Under the pieces are notes generated by a model. It was not told the origin of the DNA. It ran no database searches and saw only the letters and a list, made by a program, of their open reading frames with translations. Shown piece after piece: positions 50,162 to 59,856 of a stretch of 64,000 bases of DNA. Source of the stretch: an uncultured Bacteroidota bacterium (lineage in GTDB: Bacteria; Bacteroidota; Bacteroidia; Flavobacteriales; Flavobacteriaceae); the NCBI GenBank assembly GCA_902554655.1, contig CACDPE010000003.1, positions 2,124 to 66,123 of the forward strand, given 5' to 3'. A program made the position numbers and the translations under genes. How positions within the stretch are numbered: the first letter of the stretch is position 1; the number at the start of each line of letters is the position of its first letter.

Positions 50162-51784
50162 ATGAAATCTAAAATTCTTCCTAAATATATTTTTGTAACT
50201 GGCGGTGTAAGCTCATCACTTGGTAAGGGTATTATTTCTGCTTCTCTTGCAAAATTATTACAATCAAGAGGTTTAAATGTTACAATTCAAAAATTTGATC
50301 CATACATTAATATCGATCCAGGAACTTTGAATCCATATGAACATGGAGAATGCTACGTAACAGAGGATGGTACAGAAACAGATTTAGATTTAGGTCACTA
50401 TGAAAGGTTTTTAAATATTAGAACTAGTGAATCTAATAATACCACTACCGGTCAGATTTACCAAACAGTTATAAATAAAGAGCGTAAAGGTGATTTTTTA
50501 GGAAAGACAGTACAAGTAATTCCTCACATCACTAACGAAATTAAAAGAAGAATTAAATTAATTCAAGAGGAAAAGAGTTATGATGTTATAATTACTGAAC
50601 TTGGAGGAACTGTTGGTGATATTGAATCATATCCCTTTATTGAAGCTGTAAGACAATTTAGATGGGAGGTTGGTATGGGCAATAGTTTAGTCATTCATTT
50701 AACATTATTACCATATTTGTCAGCAGCTGGTGAATTAAAAACTAAACCAACACAACATTCCGTTAAAAAATTAATGGAATCTGGTGTAAATGCCGATATT
50801 ATTGTGTGTAGAACTGAACATAGCTTAAATGATGATTTAAGGAAAAAGATTGCTCTTTTTTGTAATGTTGAAATTGAATCAGTTATAGAGTCCATCGATG
50901 CCTCTACTATATATGAGGTGCCTATTTTAATGCAAAATGAAAAGTTAGATGATGTTGTTTTAAAGAAATTAAATTTAAATAATATTAAATCATCAAAGCT
51001 TGATAACTGGAATGCATTCGTTAAAAAAATAAAAAACCCATCAAATGAAGTTAGTATTGGTTTAATAGGTAAATACGTTGAATTACAAGATTCATACAAA
51101 TCAATTTTAGAGTCCTTTGTCCATGCTGGTGCTTCTAACGATGTAAAAGTTAATGTTATCCCTATTCATTCGGAAGAAATTAATATAAAATCTTCTGATC
51201 AAATTTTTAAAAACCTAAATGGTATTTTGGTTGCCCCTGGTTTTGGAGAAAGAGGTGTTGAAGGTAAAATCGAAGCAATTAGAATTGCAAGAGAAAAAAA
51301 TATTCCTTTTTTAGGAATTTGTTTGGGAATGCAGATGGCAGTTATTGAATTTGCAAGAAATGTTTTAGGTTTTAATAAAGCAAATTCTACTGAGATGGAT
51401 ATGAATTGTAAATACCCAGTAATTTCTATGATGGAAAGTCAAAAAAACATTAAGGAAAAAGGAGGCACTATGAGACTAGGATCTTGGAAATGTATTTTAG
51501 AAGATAACTCATTAGCTTACAAAATCTATTCAACCAATGAAATTAACGAGAGACATAGACATAGATATGAATTAAATTTTGAATTTATGAAAGAACTTTC
51601 TCAAAATGGAATGGTTTTCTCTGGAAAAAATCCTGATACTGGCTTAGTTGAGATAATTGAGCTATCTGATCATCCTTGGTTTTTTGGTGTTCAATTTCAT
51701 CCTGAGTATAGAAGCACGGTTGAAGAGCCACATCCAGTTTTTGTATCATTTGTAAAAGCATCCCTAAGTCACAAAAATAAATAA
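50162..51784 (+). CDS. pyrG: CTP synthase
   Basis: KYIFVTGGVSSLGKG, GTVGDIES, GICLGMQ, HRHRYE. Confidence 0.97.
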   Translation: MKSKILPKYIFVTGGVSSSLGKGIISASLAKLLQSRGLNVTIQKFDPYINIDPGTLNPYEHGECYVTEDGTETDLDLGHYERFLNIRTSESNNTTTGQIYQTVINKERKGDFLGKTVQVIPHITNEIKRRIKLIQEEKSYDVIITELGGTVGDIESYPFIEAVRQFRWEVGMGNSLVIHLTLLPYLSAAGELKTKPTQHSVKKLMESGVNADIIVCRTEHSLNDDLRKKIALFCNVEIESVIESIDASTIYEVPILMQNEKLDDVVLKKLNLNNIKSSKLDNWNAFVKKIKNPSNEVSIGLIGKYVELQDSYKSILESFVHAGASNDVKVNVIPIHSEEINIKSSDQIFKNLNGILVAPGFGERGVEGKIEAIRIAREKNIPFLGICLGMQMAVIEFARNVLGFNKANSTEMDMNCKYPVISMMESQKNIKEKGGTMRLGSWKCILEDNSLAYKIYSTNEINERHRHRYELNFEFMKELSQNGMVFSGKNPDTGLVEIIELSDHPWFFGVQFHPEYRSTVEEPHPVFVSFVKASLSHKNK

Positions 51785-53559
51785 TGGAAAAAAGTAGAAT
51801 TGACCCTTATCAAATTGTTGGTTTTTTGTTATTAATAGCTTGCGCTTTTTATGTTTTTAATATGTCTCCACAACCAGTGGAAAACATCAATGAAAATAAT
51901 TCAGAAAATCAGATCGAATCTTCTAGCGCTGTTACTGCTGAATTAAATAATAATTCATTGGTTTTAAATGATAATGATACTCAAATAATTCAAGAAGAGG
52001 TATTTACACTTCAGAATGAGGACATTGTTTTAAAAATAAGTAATAAGGGTGGGGGGATAATAGAGTCTACCCTAAAAAAATATAATGATCAAGATGAGAA
52101 TCCTTTAAAAATTTATGATAATAATCAGAGCCTATATATTACGTCTAGTCAAAAATCTTTTGATACCTCAACTCTCATGTTCCAACATTCGTTAACTAAT
52201 AATGAATCTGGTACTGAACTAAGACTAGTTCATATGCTTGACGATACTAGCAGTGTCGAATTTGTTTATTTTTTACCATCTAAAGGTTATCTATTTGATT
52301 TTAACGTTAGTTCAAACAACCTAAATGTTAATGATGCTAAATTAAATTGGAATCTTAAATCATTTAGGAATTCAAGAAGTCCAACTTATGAAAATAGGTA
52401 CACATACTTAAATTACAAAAATGATGATGATATTGAGGATTTAAGTGCATATAGTGATGACTCCGAAACTGGTAATGCAAAATGGATTTCTTATAGTCAG
52501 CATTTTTTTAATTCTTTTGTTATTTTTAATGATGTAAAAAAGAATATTAAATTCAATTCTGTCAACATTGATAGCGATGATGATGATATTAAATATTTAA
52601 AGTTATTTGAAACCCAAGTTCCATTAATAAATGATTCAAGAAATCAGATTAATGAGTCACTTAAGTTGTATATAGGGCCAAATGATTATTATGTTTTAAA
52701 TGAGTCATATGAGGGTATTTCTGATTCTATATGGTTTGGTTGGGGTATTTTTGGGTGGATAAATGAAAATATTTTCTTTCCACTATATTACTATTTGAGC
52801 TCATTTTTTTCTGCTGGTATTGCAATTATTATTATGGTTATTTTAACTAGGTTGGTTATGTCACCAGTACAGTATAAAATGTATTTAGGTCAAGCTAAAA
52901 TGAGAATATTAAAACCTGAAATTTCTGCAGTTTCTGAAAAATACAAGGATGATCCAATGAAAAGGAATCAGGAAACTATGAAAATATACAATCAGGCTGG
53001 AGCAAATCCTCTTGCAGGATGTTTACCTGCATTAATTCAATTACCTGTTTTTTATGCTCTATTTTGTTTTTTCCCAGTAGCTTTTGCTTTAAGAGGTGAA
53101 TCTTTTCTGTGGGCAGATGATTTAAGTTCTTATGATGTTATTGCAGAATTACCCTTTTATATTCCATTTTATGGAGACCACGTTAGTTTGTTCCCTATAA
53201 CAGCTGCTGTTGCTATGTTTTTCTACACTAAAATGTCAGGGAGTCAACAAATGCAACCATCTCAACCTGGCATGCCTAATATGAAATTTATCATGTATGT
53301 TATTCCATTCACTCTCCTTATTTTCTTTAATAATTTTGCTAGTGGATTGTCTTTATATTATACAATTTCTAATATTCTTACAATAATTATTATGCTTACT
53401 ATCAAGAATTTTATTCTTGATGAGAAAAAAATCTTAGCTACAATTGAAGAAAAAAAGAAGCAACCTTCATCTGAAAATCGTTTCCAAAGAAGATTGAGAA
53501 AGATGCAAGAAATGATGGAAGAGGCTGAAAAGAAACAGAAACTCAAAAGAAAAAAATAA
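51784..53559 (+). CDS. yidC: Membrane protein insertase YidC
   Basis: 591 aa: large periplasmic domain, then NPLAGCLPALIQLPVFYALF. The start overlaps the pyrG stop. Confidence 0.92.
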   Translation: MEKSRIDPYQIVGFLLLIACAFYVFNMSPQPVENINENNSENQIESSSAVTAELNNNSLVLNDNDTQIIQEEVFTLQNEDIVLKISNKGGGIIESTLKKYNDQDENPLKIYDNNQSLYITSSQKSFDTSTLMFQHSLTNNESGTELRLVHMLDDTSSVEFVYFLPSKGYLFDFNVSSNNLNVNDAKLNWNLKSFRNSRSPTYENRYTYLNYKNDDDIEDLSAYSDDSETGNAKWISYSQHFFNSFVIFNDVKKNIKFNSVNIDSDDDDIKYLKLFETQVPLINDSRNQINESLKLYIGPNDYYVLNESYEGISDSIWFGWGIFGWINENIFFPLYYYLSSFFSAGIAIIIMVILTRLVMSPVQYKMYLGQAKMRILKPEISAVSEKYKDDPMKRNQETMKIYNQAGANPLAGCLPALIQLPVFYALFCFFPVAFALRGESFLWADDLSSYDVIAELPFYIPFYGDHVSLFPITAAVAMFFYTKMSGSQQMQPSQPGMPNMKFIMYVIPFTLLIFFNNFASGLSLYYTISNILTIIIMLTIKNFILDEKKILATIEEKKKQPSSENRFQRRLRKMQEMMEEAEKKQKLKRKK

Positions 53560-53561
53560 TT

Positions 53562-54740
53562 ATGGCTACTTCTTCTACAAGAGTTGTAGTTGCAATGTCA
53601 GGTGGAGTTGACTCAAGTGTAGCTGCATTTTTATTAAAAAAACAAGGTTATGATGTGTTAGCTATATTTATGAAAAACTGGCATGATGAAAGTGTAACTA
53701 TTTCTGCTGAATGCCCATGGTTAGAGGATAGTTATGACGCAATGTTAGTAGCTGAAAAACTTAATATACCCTTTCAAGTAATTGATTTAAGTAATGAATA
53801 TAAAGATAAGATTGTTGATTACATGTTTAATGAATATGAAGAGGGTAGAACACCTAACCCTGATATCCTATGTAATAGGGAAATAAAGTTTGATATTTTT
53901 CTTAATACTGCATTAAAATTAAATGCAGATTTTATTGCAACTGGTCACTATGCTCAAGTTGAATCTAAGGAAATGGATGGAAACAAAGTTTATTATCTAA
54001 AATCTGGAATAGATAAAGTTAAGGATCAGTCGTATTTTTTATGTCAATTGAATCAGTTTCAGTTAAGTAAAACTCTTTTTCCAATAGGTTCTTTGAAAAA
54101 AGATGAGGTAAGATCAATAGCTAAAGATAATGAATTGATAACTGCTGATAAAAAAGATTCTCAGGGTTTATGTTTTGTTGGTAAGGTAAAATTACCAGAT
54201 TTTTTACAACAGAAACTTTCAAAAAAGAAGGGTAATGTTGTTTTGATACCAAGAGATTTGAATTTATATGATAACTTTAAAAATAAAGAATATGATAATG
54301 ATGATTCAAATGGTTATTTATATGAACCTTATATGGGAAAAGTTATTGGTGAACATTCTGGAGCACATTACTTTACTGTTGGACAGAGAAAAGGATTGTC
54401 AATAGGTGGTATGAAAGATCCTTTATTTGTTCTTGCTACAGATACCAACAAAAATATAATTTACGTTGGAGAAGGAGAAAATCATCCAGGTCTTTACAGA
54501 TTCTCATTAAGAGTAAAAAAAACAAAAATGCATCATGTAGTTGGTAAATTAAATTTATCTAATTCTCAAAGTTTATCAGCTAGAATTAGATATAGACAGC
54601 CTTTACAAAAGATTGATGTTAAATTAATGGAAAAATATTATTTAATAAGTTTTGACAAGAAACAGAAGTCAATAGCCAAAGGTCAATTTGTTGCAATTTA
54701 TAAAGGTGATAATTTAATTTCCTCAGGTATTATAGATTAA
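53562..54740 (+). CDS. mnmA: tRNA 2-thiouridine(34) synthase MnmA
   Basis: 392 aa: [30 protein letters not shown]. Confidence 0.96.
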   Translation: MATSSTRVVVAMSGGVDSSVAAFLLKKQGYDVLAIFMKNWHDESVTISAECPWLEDSYDAMLVAEKLNIPFQVIDLSNEYKDKIVDYMFNEYEEGRTPNPDILCNREIKFDIFLNTALKLNADFIATGHYAQVESKEMDGNKVYYLKSGIDKVKDQSYFLCQLNQFQLSKTLFPIGSLKKDEVRSIAKDNELITADKKDSQGLCFVGKVKLPDFLQQKLSKKKGNVVLIPRDLNLYDNFKNKEYDNDDSNGYLYEPYMGKVIGEHSGAHYFTVGQRKGLSIGGMKDPLFVLATDTNKNIIYVGEGENHPGLYRFSLRVKKTKMHHVVGKLNLSNSQSLSARIRYRQPLQKIDVKLMEKYYLISFDKKQKSIAKGQFVAIYKGDNLISSGIID

Positions 54741-55935
54741 TTTCTACTTGATTTTTAATTAAATCTTCAAAAACTTCTCTTTTTCTTATAATTTTTAATT
54801 CATTTTCTATATATAATACCTCTGCAGGTCTATATCTTGAGTTGTAATTACTGCTCATCGAAAAACAATATGCACCGGCATTACTAAAGCTTAAAATATC
54901 ACCTGGACTGATTGAGGAGATTTTTCTATTATTTGCAAATGTATCTGTTTCACATATGTAGCCAACAACACTGTAATACCTTTCTATATCATTTGGATTT
55001 GAAATATTTTCGATGAAATGATTAGCTCCATACATCATGGGTCTAATTAAATGATTGAATCCACTATCAATTTGTGCAAACACTGTAGAAGTTGTTTGTT
55101 TTATTGAATTCACTTTACAAAGGAATTTACCTGCCTCACTAACTAAGAACTTACCGGGTTCAAACATCAATGTAAGATCTTTTCCATAATTTTCACAAAA
55201 TGTATTAAATCTTTTAGTTAGTTTTCTACCTAGCTCTTCAATGTTTGTTTCTGAATCCCCTGGCTTGTATGGTACTTTAAATCCACTTCCAAAATCTATA
55301 AAGTCTAAGTTTTTAAATTTTTCAGCAATCCTAAATAAAATTTCGGATGCATTTAAAAAAACATCTATATCTAAAATATCACTACCTGTGTGCATGTGAA
55401 CTCCATTTATTATAAGTCCAGTATTTTCTACAATTCTTTCAATGTGAGGAGCTTGATGTATGCTAATACCAAATTTAGAGTCAATATGTCCAACAGAAAT
55501 TTTAGAATTTCCTCCTGCCATTATATGCGGGTTTATTCTGATACACACAGGAATTTTTTTGTGTTTATTACCAAACTCTTCCAATACTGCTAAGTTGTCG
55601 ATATTTATTTTTGCTCCAATCTTTGCAACTTTCTCAATTTCATCTAGTGAAACACCGTTAGGTGTATAAATTATCTTATTTGGTTCAACTCCAGCTTTGA
55701 TAGCTAGTTTAACTTCTTGGATAGAAACAGCATCAATTCCAGCCCCCATATTAATTAGATATTTTAAGATTGAAATATTAGAAGAAGCCTTTACAGCATA
55801 ATTAATTTGAAGTTTTTTAACATTTTTAAAGGATTCTGTTAACTTAATAAACTGAGATTTAATTTTATTTGAATTGTAAACATAAAGAGGGCTCCCGTAT
55901 TGACGAACAGCATCTAAAAGTATTTCATTTTTCAT
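54730..55935 (-). CDS. lysA: Diaminopimelate decarboxylase
   Basis: 401 aa: YGSPLYVY, YAVKASSN (PLP-Lys), HMHTGS, GYICE. Confidence 0.9.
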   Translation of the reverse strand: MKNEILLDAVRQYGSPLYVYNSNKIKSQFIKLTESFKNVKKLQINYAVKASSNISILKYLINMGAGIDAVSIQEVKLAIKAGVEPNKIIYTPNGVSLDEIEKVAKIGAKINIDNLAVLEEFGNKHKKIPVCIRINPHIMAGGNSKISVGHIDSKFGISIHQAPHIERIVENTGLIINGVHMHTGSDILDIDVFLNASEILFRIAEKFKNLDFIDFGSGFKVPYKPGDSETNIEELGRKLTKRFNTFCENYGKDLTLMFEPGKFLVSEAGKFLCKVNSIKQTTSTVFAQIDSGFNHLIRPMMYGANHFIENISNPNDIERYYSVVGYICETDTFANNRKISSISPGDILSFSNAGAYCFSMSSNYNSRYRPAEVLYIENELKIIRKREVFEDLIKNQVEINL

Positions 55936-56079
55936 TTCTGCAAAACTAAAATTTTATGTAAATATTGACTTTAAAAAACTGTTTTTTAATAAATTAAAAT
56001 GAATTAGTTATAAATAAAACAAAAAACTAATTTGATTAAAAGGTTAAACAGATTAGATTTAGTAATTTTAGGTCCAATT

Positions 56080-57273
56080 ATGAATCTCCACGAATACCAA
56101 GCTAAAACAATATTGTCAAATTTTGATGTACCAATTCAACGAGGTATGGTTACTGATAAAATTAATGAAGTTGAAGATGTTGCAAAATCTTTAAATCATG
56201 AAACCGGAACTGAATGGTTTGTTGTAAAAGCTCAAATTCATGCTGGAGGTAGAGGTAAAGGCGGTGGAGTGAAAGTTGCTAAAAGTATTGATGAATTAAA
56301 GAATTTTTCATCCGATATTTTGGGTATGATGTTAAAAACTCCTCAAACACCAAAAGAAGGAAAACTTGTTCAGAAAATTTTAATCGCTGAAGATGTTTAT
56401 TATCCGGGCGAATCTGATCCTGAAGAATATTACTTTTCTGTTCTTCTAAATAGAAATACTTCAAAGTACATGATAATGTATTCTAGACAAGGTGGTATGG
56501 ATATAGAAAAAGTTGCTGAAGAAACACCTGATTTAATCTTTTATGAAGAAATTGATCCTCTATTAGGTTTAATGCCTAATCAATTAAGAACTATTGCTTT
56601 TAATTTAGGTTTAACTGGTCAAGCCTTTAAAAATATGCTATCATTTGTCTCAAAATTATATAATGCATTCATTAAGTCTGATGCTTCTTTGCTTGAAATT
56701 AACCCTGTTTTAAAAACTTCAGATAATAAGATTTTAGCTGTGGATGCAAAAATGGTTTTAGATGATAATTCCTTGGTTCGTCATAAAAATTACGAAGCTT
56801 TAAGAGATTTAAGTGAGGAAAACCCTGTTGAAACTGAAGCAAAGGAAGTTGGTTTAAATTATGTTGATTTAGATGGAAACATAGGTTGTATGGTAAATGG
56901 TGCTGGTCTTGCAATGGCTACAATGGACTTAATTAAACAATCTGGAGGAGAACCTGCTAATTTTCTTGATGTTGGAGGTACAGCTGATGCAAAAAGAGTA
57001 GAAGTAGCTTTTAATTTGATTCTTAGGGATCCAAAAGTAAAGGCGGTATTAGTAAATATTTTTGGTGGAATAGTTAGGTGTGATAGAGTTGCGAATGGTA
57101 TTGTTGATGCTTACAAAAATATGGGTGATAAAATTAAAGTTCCAATAATTGTGAGATTGCAAGGAACTAATGCAGAGCAAGCAAAAGTAATAATTGACAA
57201 TGCAGGTCTAAAAATTTATAGCGCTGTTGAATTCAGTGAAGTTGCTCAAAAAATAAAAGAAGTTCTCGCCTAA
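56080..57273 (+). CDS. sucC: Succinate-CoA ligase, beta subunit
   Basis: Start at MNLHEYQAK (ATG at 56080). VVKAQIHAGGRGKGGGV, GCMVNGAGLAMATMD. Confidence 0.96.
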   Translation: MNLHEYQAKTILSNFDVPIQRGMVTDKINEVEDVAKSLNHETGTEWFVVKAQIHAGGRGKGGGVKVAKSIDELKNFSSDILGMMLKTPQTPKEGKLVQKILIAEDVYYPGESDPEEYYFSVLLNRNTSKYMIMYSRQGGMDIEKVAEETPDLIFYEEIDPLLGLMPNQLRTIAFNLGLTGQAFKNMLSFVSKLYNAFIKSDASLLEINPVLKTSDNKILAVDAKMVLDDNSLVRHKNYEALRDLSEENPVETEAKEVGLNYVDLDGNIGCMVNGAGLAMATMDLIKQSGGEPANFLDVGGTADAKRVEVAFNLILRDPKVKAVLVNIFGGIVRCDRVANGIVDAYKNMGDKIKVPIIVRLQGTNAEQAKVIIDNAGLKIYSAVEFSEVAQKIKEVLA

Positions 57274-57296
57274 GTGTCAAAATGACACTATTTTTT
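57273..57296 (+). terminator. Short hairpin AGTGTCA-AAA-TGACACT followed by ATTTTTT after sucC
   Basis: 7-bp stem, 3-nt loop and a T6 run, starting at the last base of the sucC stop codon. Confidence 0.45.
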
Positions 57297-57304
57297 CCTA
57301 ATTT

Positions 57305-57334
57305 AATGTCATAATGTCATAAATAGATCTTTGG
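57305..57334 (+). promoter_or_regulatory. Shared chaperone-gene module AATGTCAT-AA-TGTCAT-N9-TTTGG (hsp20 copy)
   Basis: AATGTCATAATGTCATAAATAGATCTTTGG. A perfect tandem 8-mer, ending 47 nt upstream of the hsp20 ATG. Confidence 0.45.
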
Positions 57335-57381
57335 CCCATTTTTAGTACATATGTTTTAAATGTTTAATAAAAATAATAATT

Positions 57382-57789
57382 ATGAATACAATAATACATA
57401 ACACTAAATCTGTCTTTTTTGAAGATATTATTAATAATTTATTTGGATCGAATATTTACAATGATATTCCACCTTACAACATTATTGAAAATGATAAAGA
57501 ATTTTTAATTGAATTATCAGTTCCTGGTTTTAACAAGAAAGACTTTTCAATCGAAGTTGAAGAAAATAACTTAAAAGTATCCAAGCTTTCTTCAGAAAAT
57601 AATAAACTTGAAAATAAATTTTATGAAAGACAATTTAATTATTCTCAGTTTGAAAAAAATTTCTCAATTCCTGAAGAAGTTAATATTGAAAAAATTAATT
57701 CAATATATGAAAGTGGAATTTTAAAAATATTTCTCCCAAAAATTAAAGAATTTAAACAAAGTAAAATTAAATCAATTCAAATAAAATAA
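57382..57789 (+). CDS. Hsp20/alpha-crystallin family small heat-shock protein
   Basis: 135 aa: alpha-crystallin domain (FLIELSVPGFNKKDFSIEVEENNLKVS.., ..YESGILKIFLPK). Confidence 0.9.
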   Translation: MNTIIHNTKSVFFEDIINNLFGSNIYNDIPPYNIIENDKEFLIELSVPGFNKKDFSIEVEENNLKVSKLSSENNKLENKFYERQFNYSQFEKNFSIPEEVNIEKINSIYESGILKIFLPKIKEFKQSKIKSIQIK

Positions 57790-57791
57790 AT

Positions 57792-57820
57792 AAAAAGCGG
57801 ATAATTTATCCGCTTTTTTT
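57792..57820. terminator. Bidirectional intrinsic terminator shared by hsp20 (+) and uvrB (-)
   Basis: AAAAAGCGGAT-AATTT-ATCCGCTTTTT plus TT: GC core flanked by an A5 run and a T7 run. The uvrB stop codon lies in the loop region. Confidence 0.8.
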
Positions 57821-59785
57821 ATAAATATCGATTAAATCTCTTAATCTCGCAGCCTCTAAAAAATTAAGTTCTTTAGCAGCATTTTCCATTTGTTTTCTTA
57901 ATTCTCTTATTAATTTTTCTTTTTCTGCTTTAGTTATATTTAAATTAACTTTTGAGTTATCATCAATTTTAATTTTTGATTTATTTTCTGTTATTTTTTC
58001 TTTTTCAAATGTATCTTTTAAATTTTTGATTATTTGCTTAGGTGTTATTTTATTTTGTAGGTTAAATAATTCTTGTTTTGCTCTTCTTTTTTTTGTTAGA
58101 TCAATTGTTTCTTGCATGCTTTTAGTAATCTTATCTGCATACATTATTGCTTTTCCATTAATATTTCTAGCAGCTCTTCCTATTGTTTGAATTAATGATT
58201 TTTTACTTCTTAAAAAACCTTCCTTGTCAGCATCCAAAATAATCACTAAAGAAACCTCAGGAAGATCTAATCCTTCTCTTAGTAAATTAACACCAACAAG
58301 TACATCAAATTTTCCTGATCTTAATTCGTTAAGTATTTCAATTCTTTCAATTGTATCAATATCGCTGTGAATATATCTTGAATTAATATCTACTTTTAAA
58401 AGATATTTAACTAATTCTTCGGACATTTTTTTTGTTAGTGTTGTAATTAAAATTCTTTCTTTTTTATTAATTCTTTCTTGTAATTCATTAATAATATCAT
58501 CAATCTGATTTTTTGTTTCTTTTATTTGAATTTCTGGATCTAATAATCCAGTAGGTCTAATTATTTGCTCAACTATTATACCTTCACATTTAATCAATTC
58601 ATAGTCAGATGGTGTTGCACTTACATAAATTATTTGGTTTTGTAAGAATTCAAATTCTTCAAATTTTAGTGGTCTGTTATCCATTGCTGCTGGCAGTCTA
58701 AAACCATATTCAACTAAATTTTCTTTTCTACTTCTATCACCACCATACATCGCTCTTATTTGTGGTATTGTTACATGACTCTCATCTATTACTGTTATAA
58801 AATCATCTGGAAAATAATCAATTAAACAAAATGGTCTGGTTCCTGGCTCTCTTCCATCTATATATCTTGAGTAATTTTCAATTCCTGAGCAATATCCTAG
58901 TTCTTGCATCATCTCAAGATCGAATAAGGTCCTCTCCTCTAATCTTTTAGCTTCCAAATGCTTTCCAATTTCTTTAAAATATTCAACTTGTTTTCCAAGA
59001 TCAATTCTTATTTGATCCATTGCTCTTAACAACACATCATTTTGAGTTGCAAACATGTTGGCAGGAAAAATAGAAACAGATTCAATGAATTTTTTATTTT
59101 TTTGATTTATTTCTTCAATTGATTCTATCTCGTCACCAAAAAAATTAAATCTGATTCTTGAATCTCGATAACTTAAGTAAACTTCTATTATATCACCTTG
59201 AACTCTGAATGTCCCTGGTTCAAAATCAATGTGTGCCCTGCTATATAGTGAATTTACTAAACTTTTTAGAAGCTCAGTTCTCGAAATTTTTACATTTTGG
59301 TCTATATTGATAGTATTTTTTTTGTATTCAATTGGGTTTCCTATCCCATATAAACATGAAACAGATGCTACAACTATTACGTCTCTTCTTCCACTTAACA
59401 AACTGGTTGTTGTACTTAATCTTAATTTTTCAATTTCATCATTAATTGATAAATCTTTTTCAATATATGTATTTGTGACAGGGATAAAAGCTTCGGGTTG
59501 ATAATAATCATAGTATGAAACAAAATATTCAACCAAATTATTTGGAAAATATTCTTTAAGTTCGGAATATAATTGAGCAGCCAGAGTTTTATTATGAGCT
59601 AATACTAGGGTTGGCTTATTAACTTTTTGTAAAACATTAGCAATAGTAAATGTTTTTCCAGAACCAGTTACTCCCTCAAGAGTTTGAAATTTTTCATCTT
59701 TATTAATTCCATTAACTAACTTATTAATTGCTTCAGGTTGATCACCTGCTGGAGTATATTTAGAAATTAAAGAAAATTTGAACAA
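57806..59785 (-). CDS. uvrB: Excinuclease ABC subunit B
   Basis: 659 aa: GVTGSGKTFT, DESHV, C-terminal UVR domain (LNFLEAARLRD). Confidence 0.98.
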   Translation of the reverse strand: MFKFSLISKYTPAGDQPEAINKLVNGINKDEKFQTLEGVTGSGKTFTIANVLQKVNKPTLVLAHNKTLAAQLYSELKEYFPNNLVEYFVSYYDYYQPEAFIPVTNTYIEKDLSINDEIEKLRLSTTTSLLSGRRDVIVVASVSCLYGIGNPIEYKKNTINIDQNVKISRTELLKSLVNSLYSRAHIDFEPGTFRVQGDIIEVYLSYRDSRIRFNFFGDEIESIEEINQKNKKFIESVSIFPANMFATQNDVLLRAMDQIRIDLGKQVEYFKEIGKHLEAKRLEERTLFDLEMMQELGYCSGIENYSRYIDGREPGTRPFCLIDYFPDDFITVIDESHVTIPQIRAMYGGDRSRKENLVEYGFRLPAAMDNRPLKFEEFEFLQNQIIYVSATPSDYELIKCEGIIVEQIIRPTGLLDPEIQIKETKNQIDDIINELQERINKKERILITTLTKKMSEELVKYLLKVDINSRYIHSDIDTIERIEILNELRSGKFDVLVGVNLLREGLDLPEVSLVIILDADKEGFLRSKKSLIQTIGRAARNINGKAIMYADKITKSMQETIDLTKKRRAKQELFNLQNKITPKQIIKNLKDTFEKEKITENKSKIKIDDNSKVNLNITKAEKEKLIRELRKQMENAAKELNFLEAARLRDLIDIYKKSG

Positions 59786-59856
59786 AATTTAATTTTGAAT
59801 ATTTATAAGTAATTTATATAACTTTATTACGTGATACAAAATCTTAAATTAATATT

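Noticed and set aside
55936-56079. 144-nt spacer upstream of lysA and sucC, checked for a lysine riboswitch or other structured leader
   Set aside because: The sequence is almost pure A/T with no conserved helices or G/C-rich cores of the kind an L-box needs. No convincing structure is visible by eye.
57273-57296. TGTCA-AAA-TGACA inverted repeat after sucC, considered as a third copy of the TGTCAT chaperone motif
   Set aside because: The orientation and spacing differ (inverted rather than tandem). The hairpin plus T6 run right after the sucC stop is explained more simply as a terminator. A dual role cannot be excluded.
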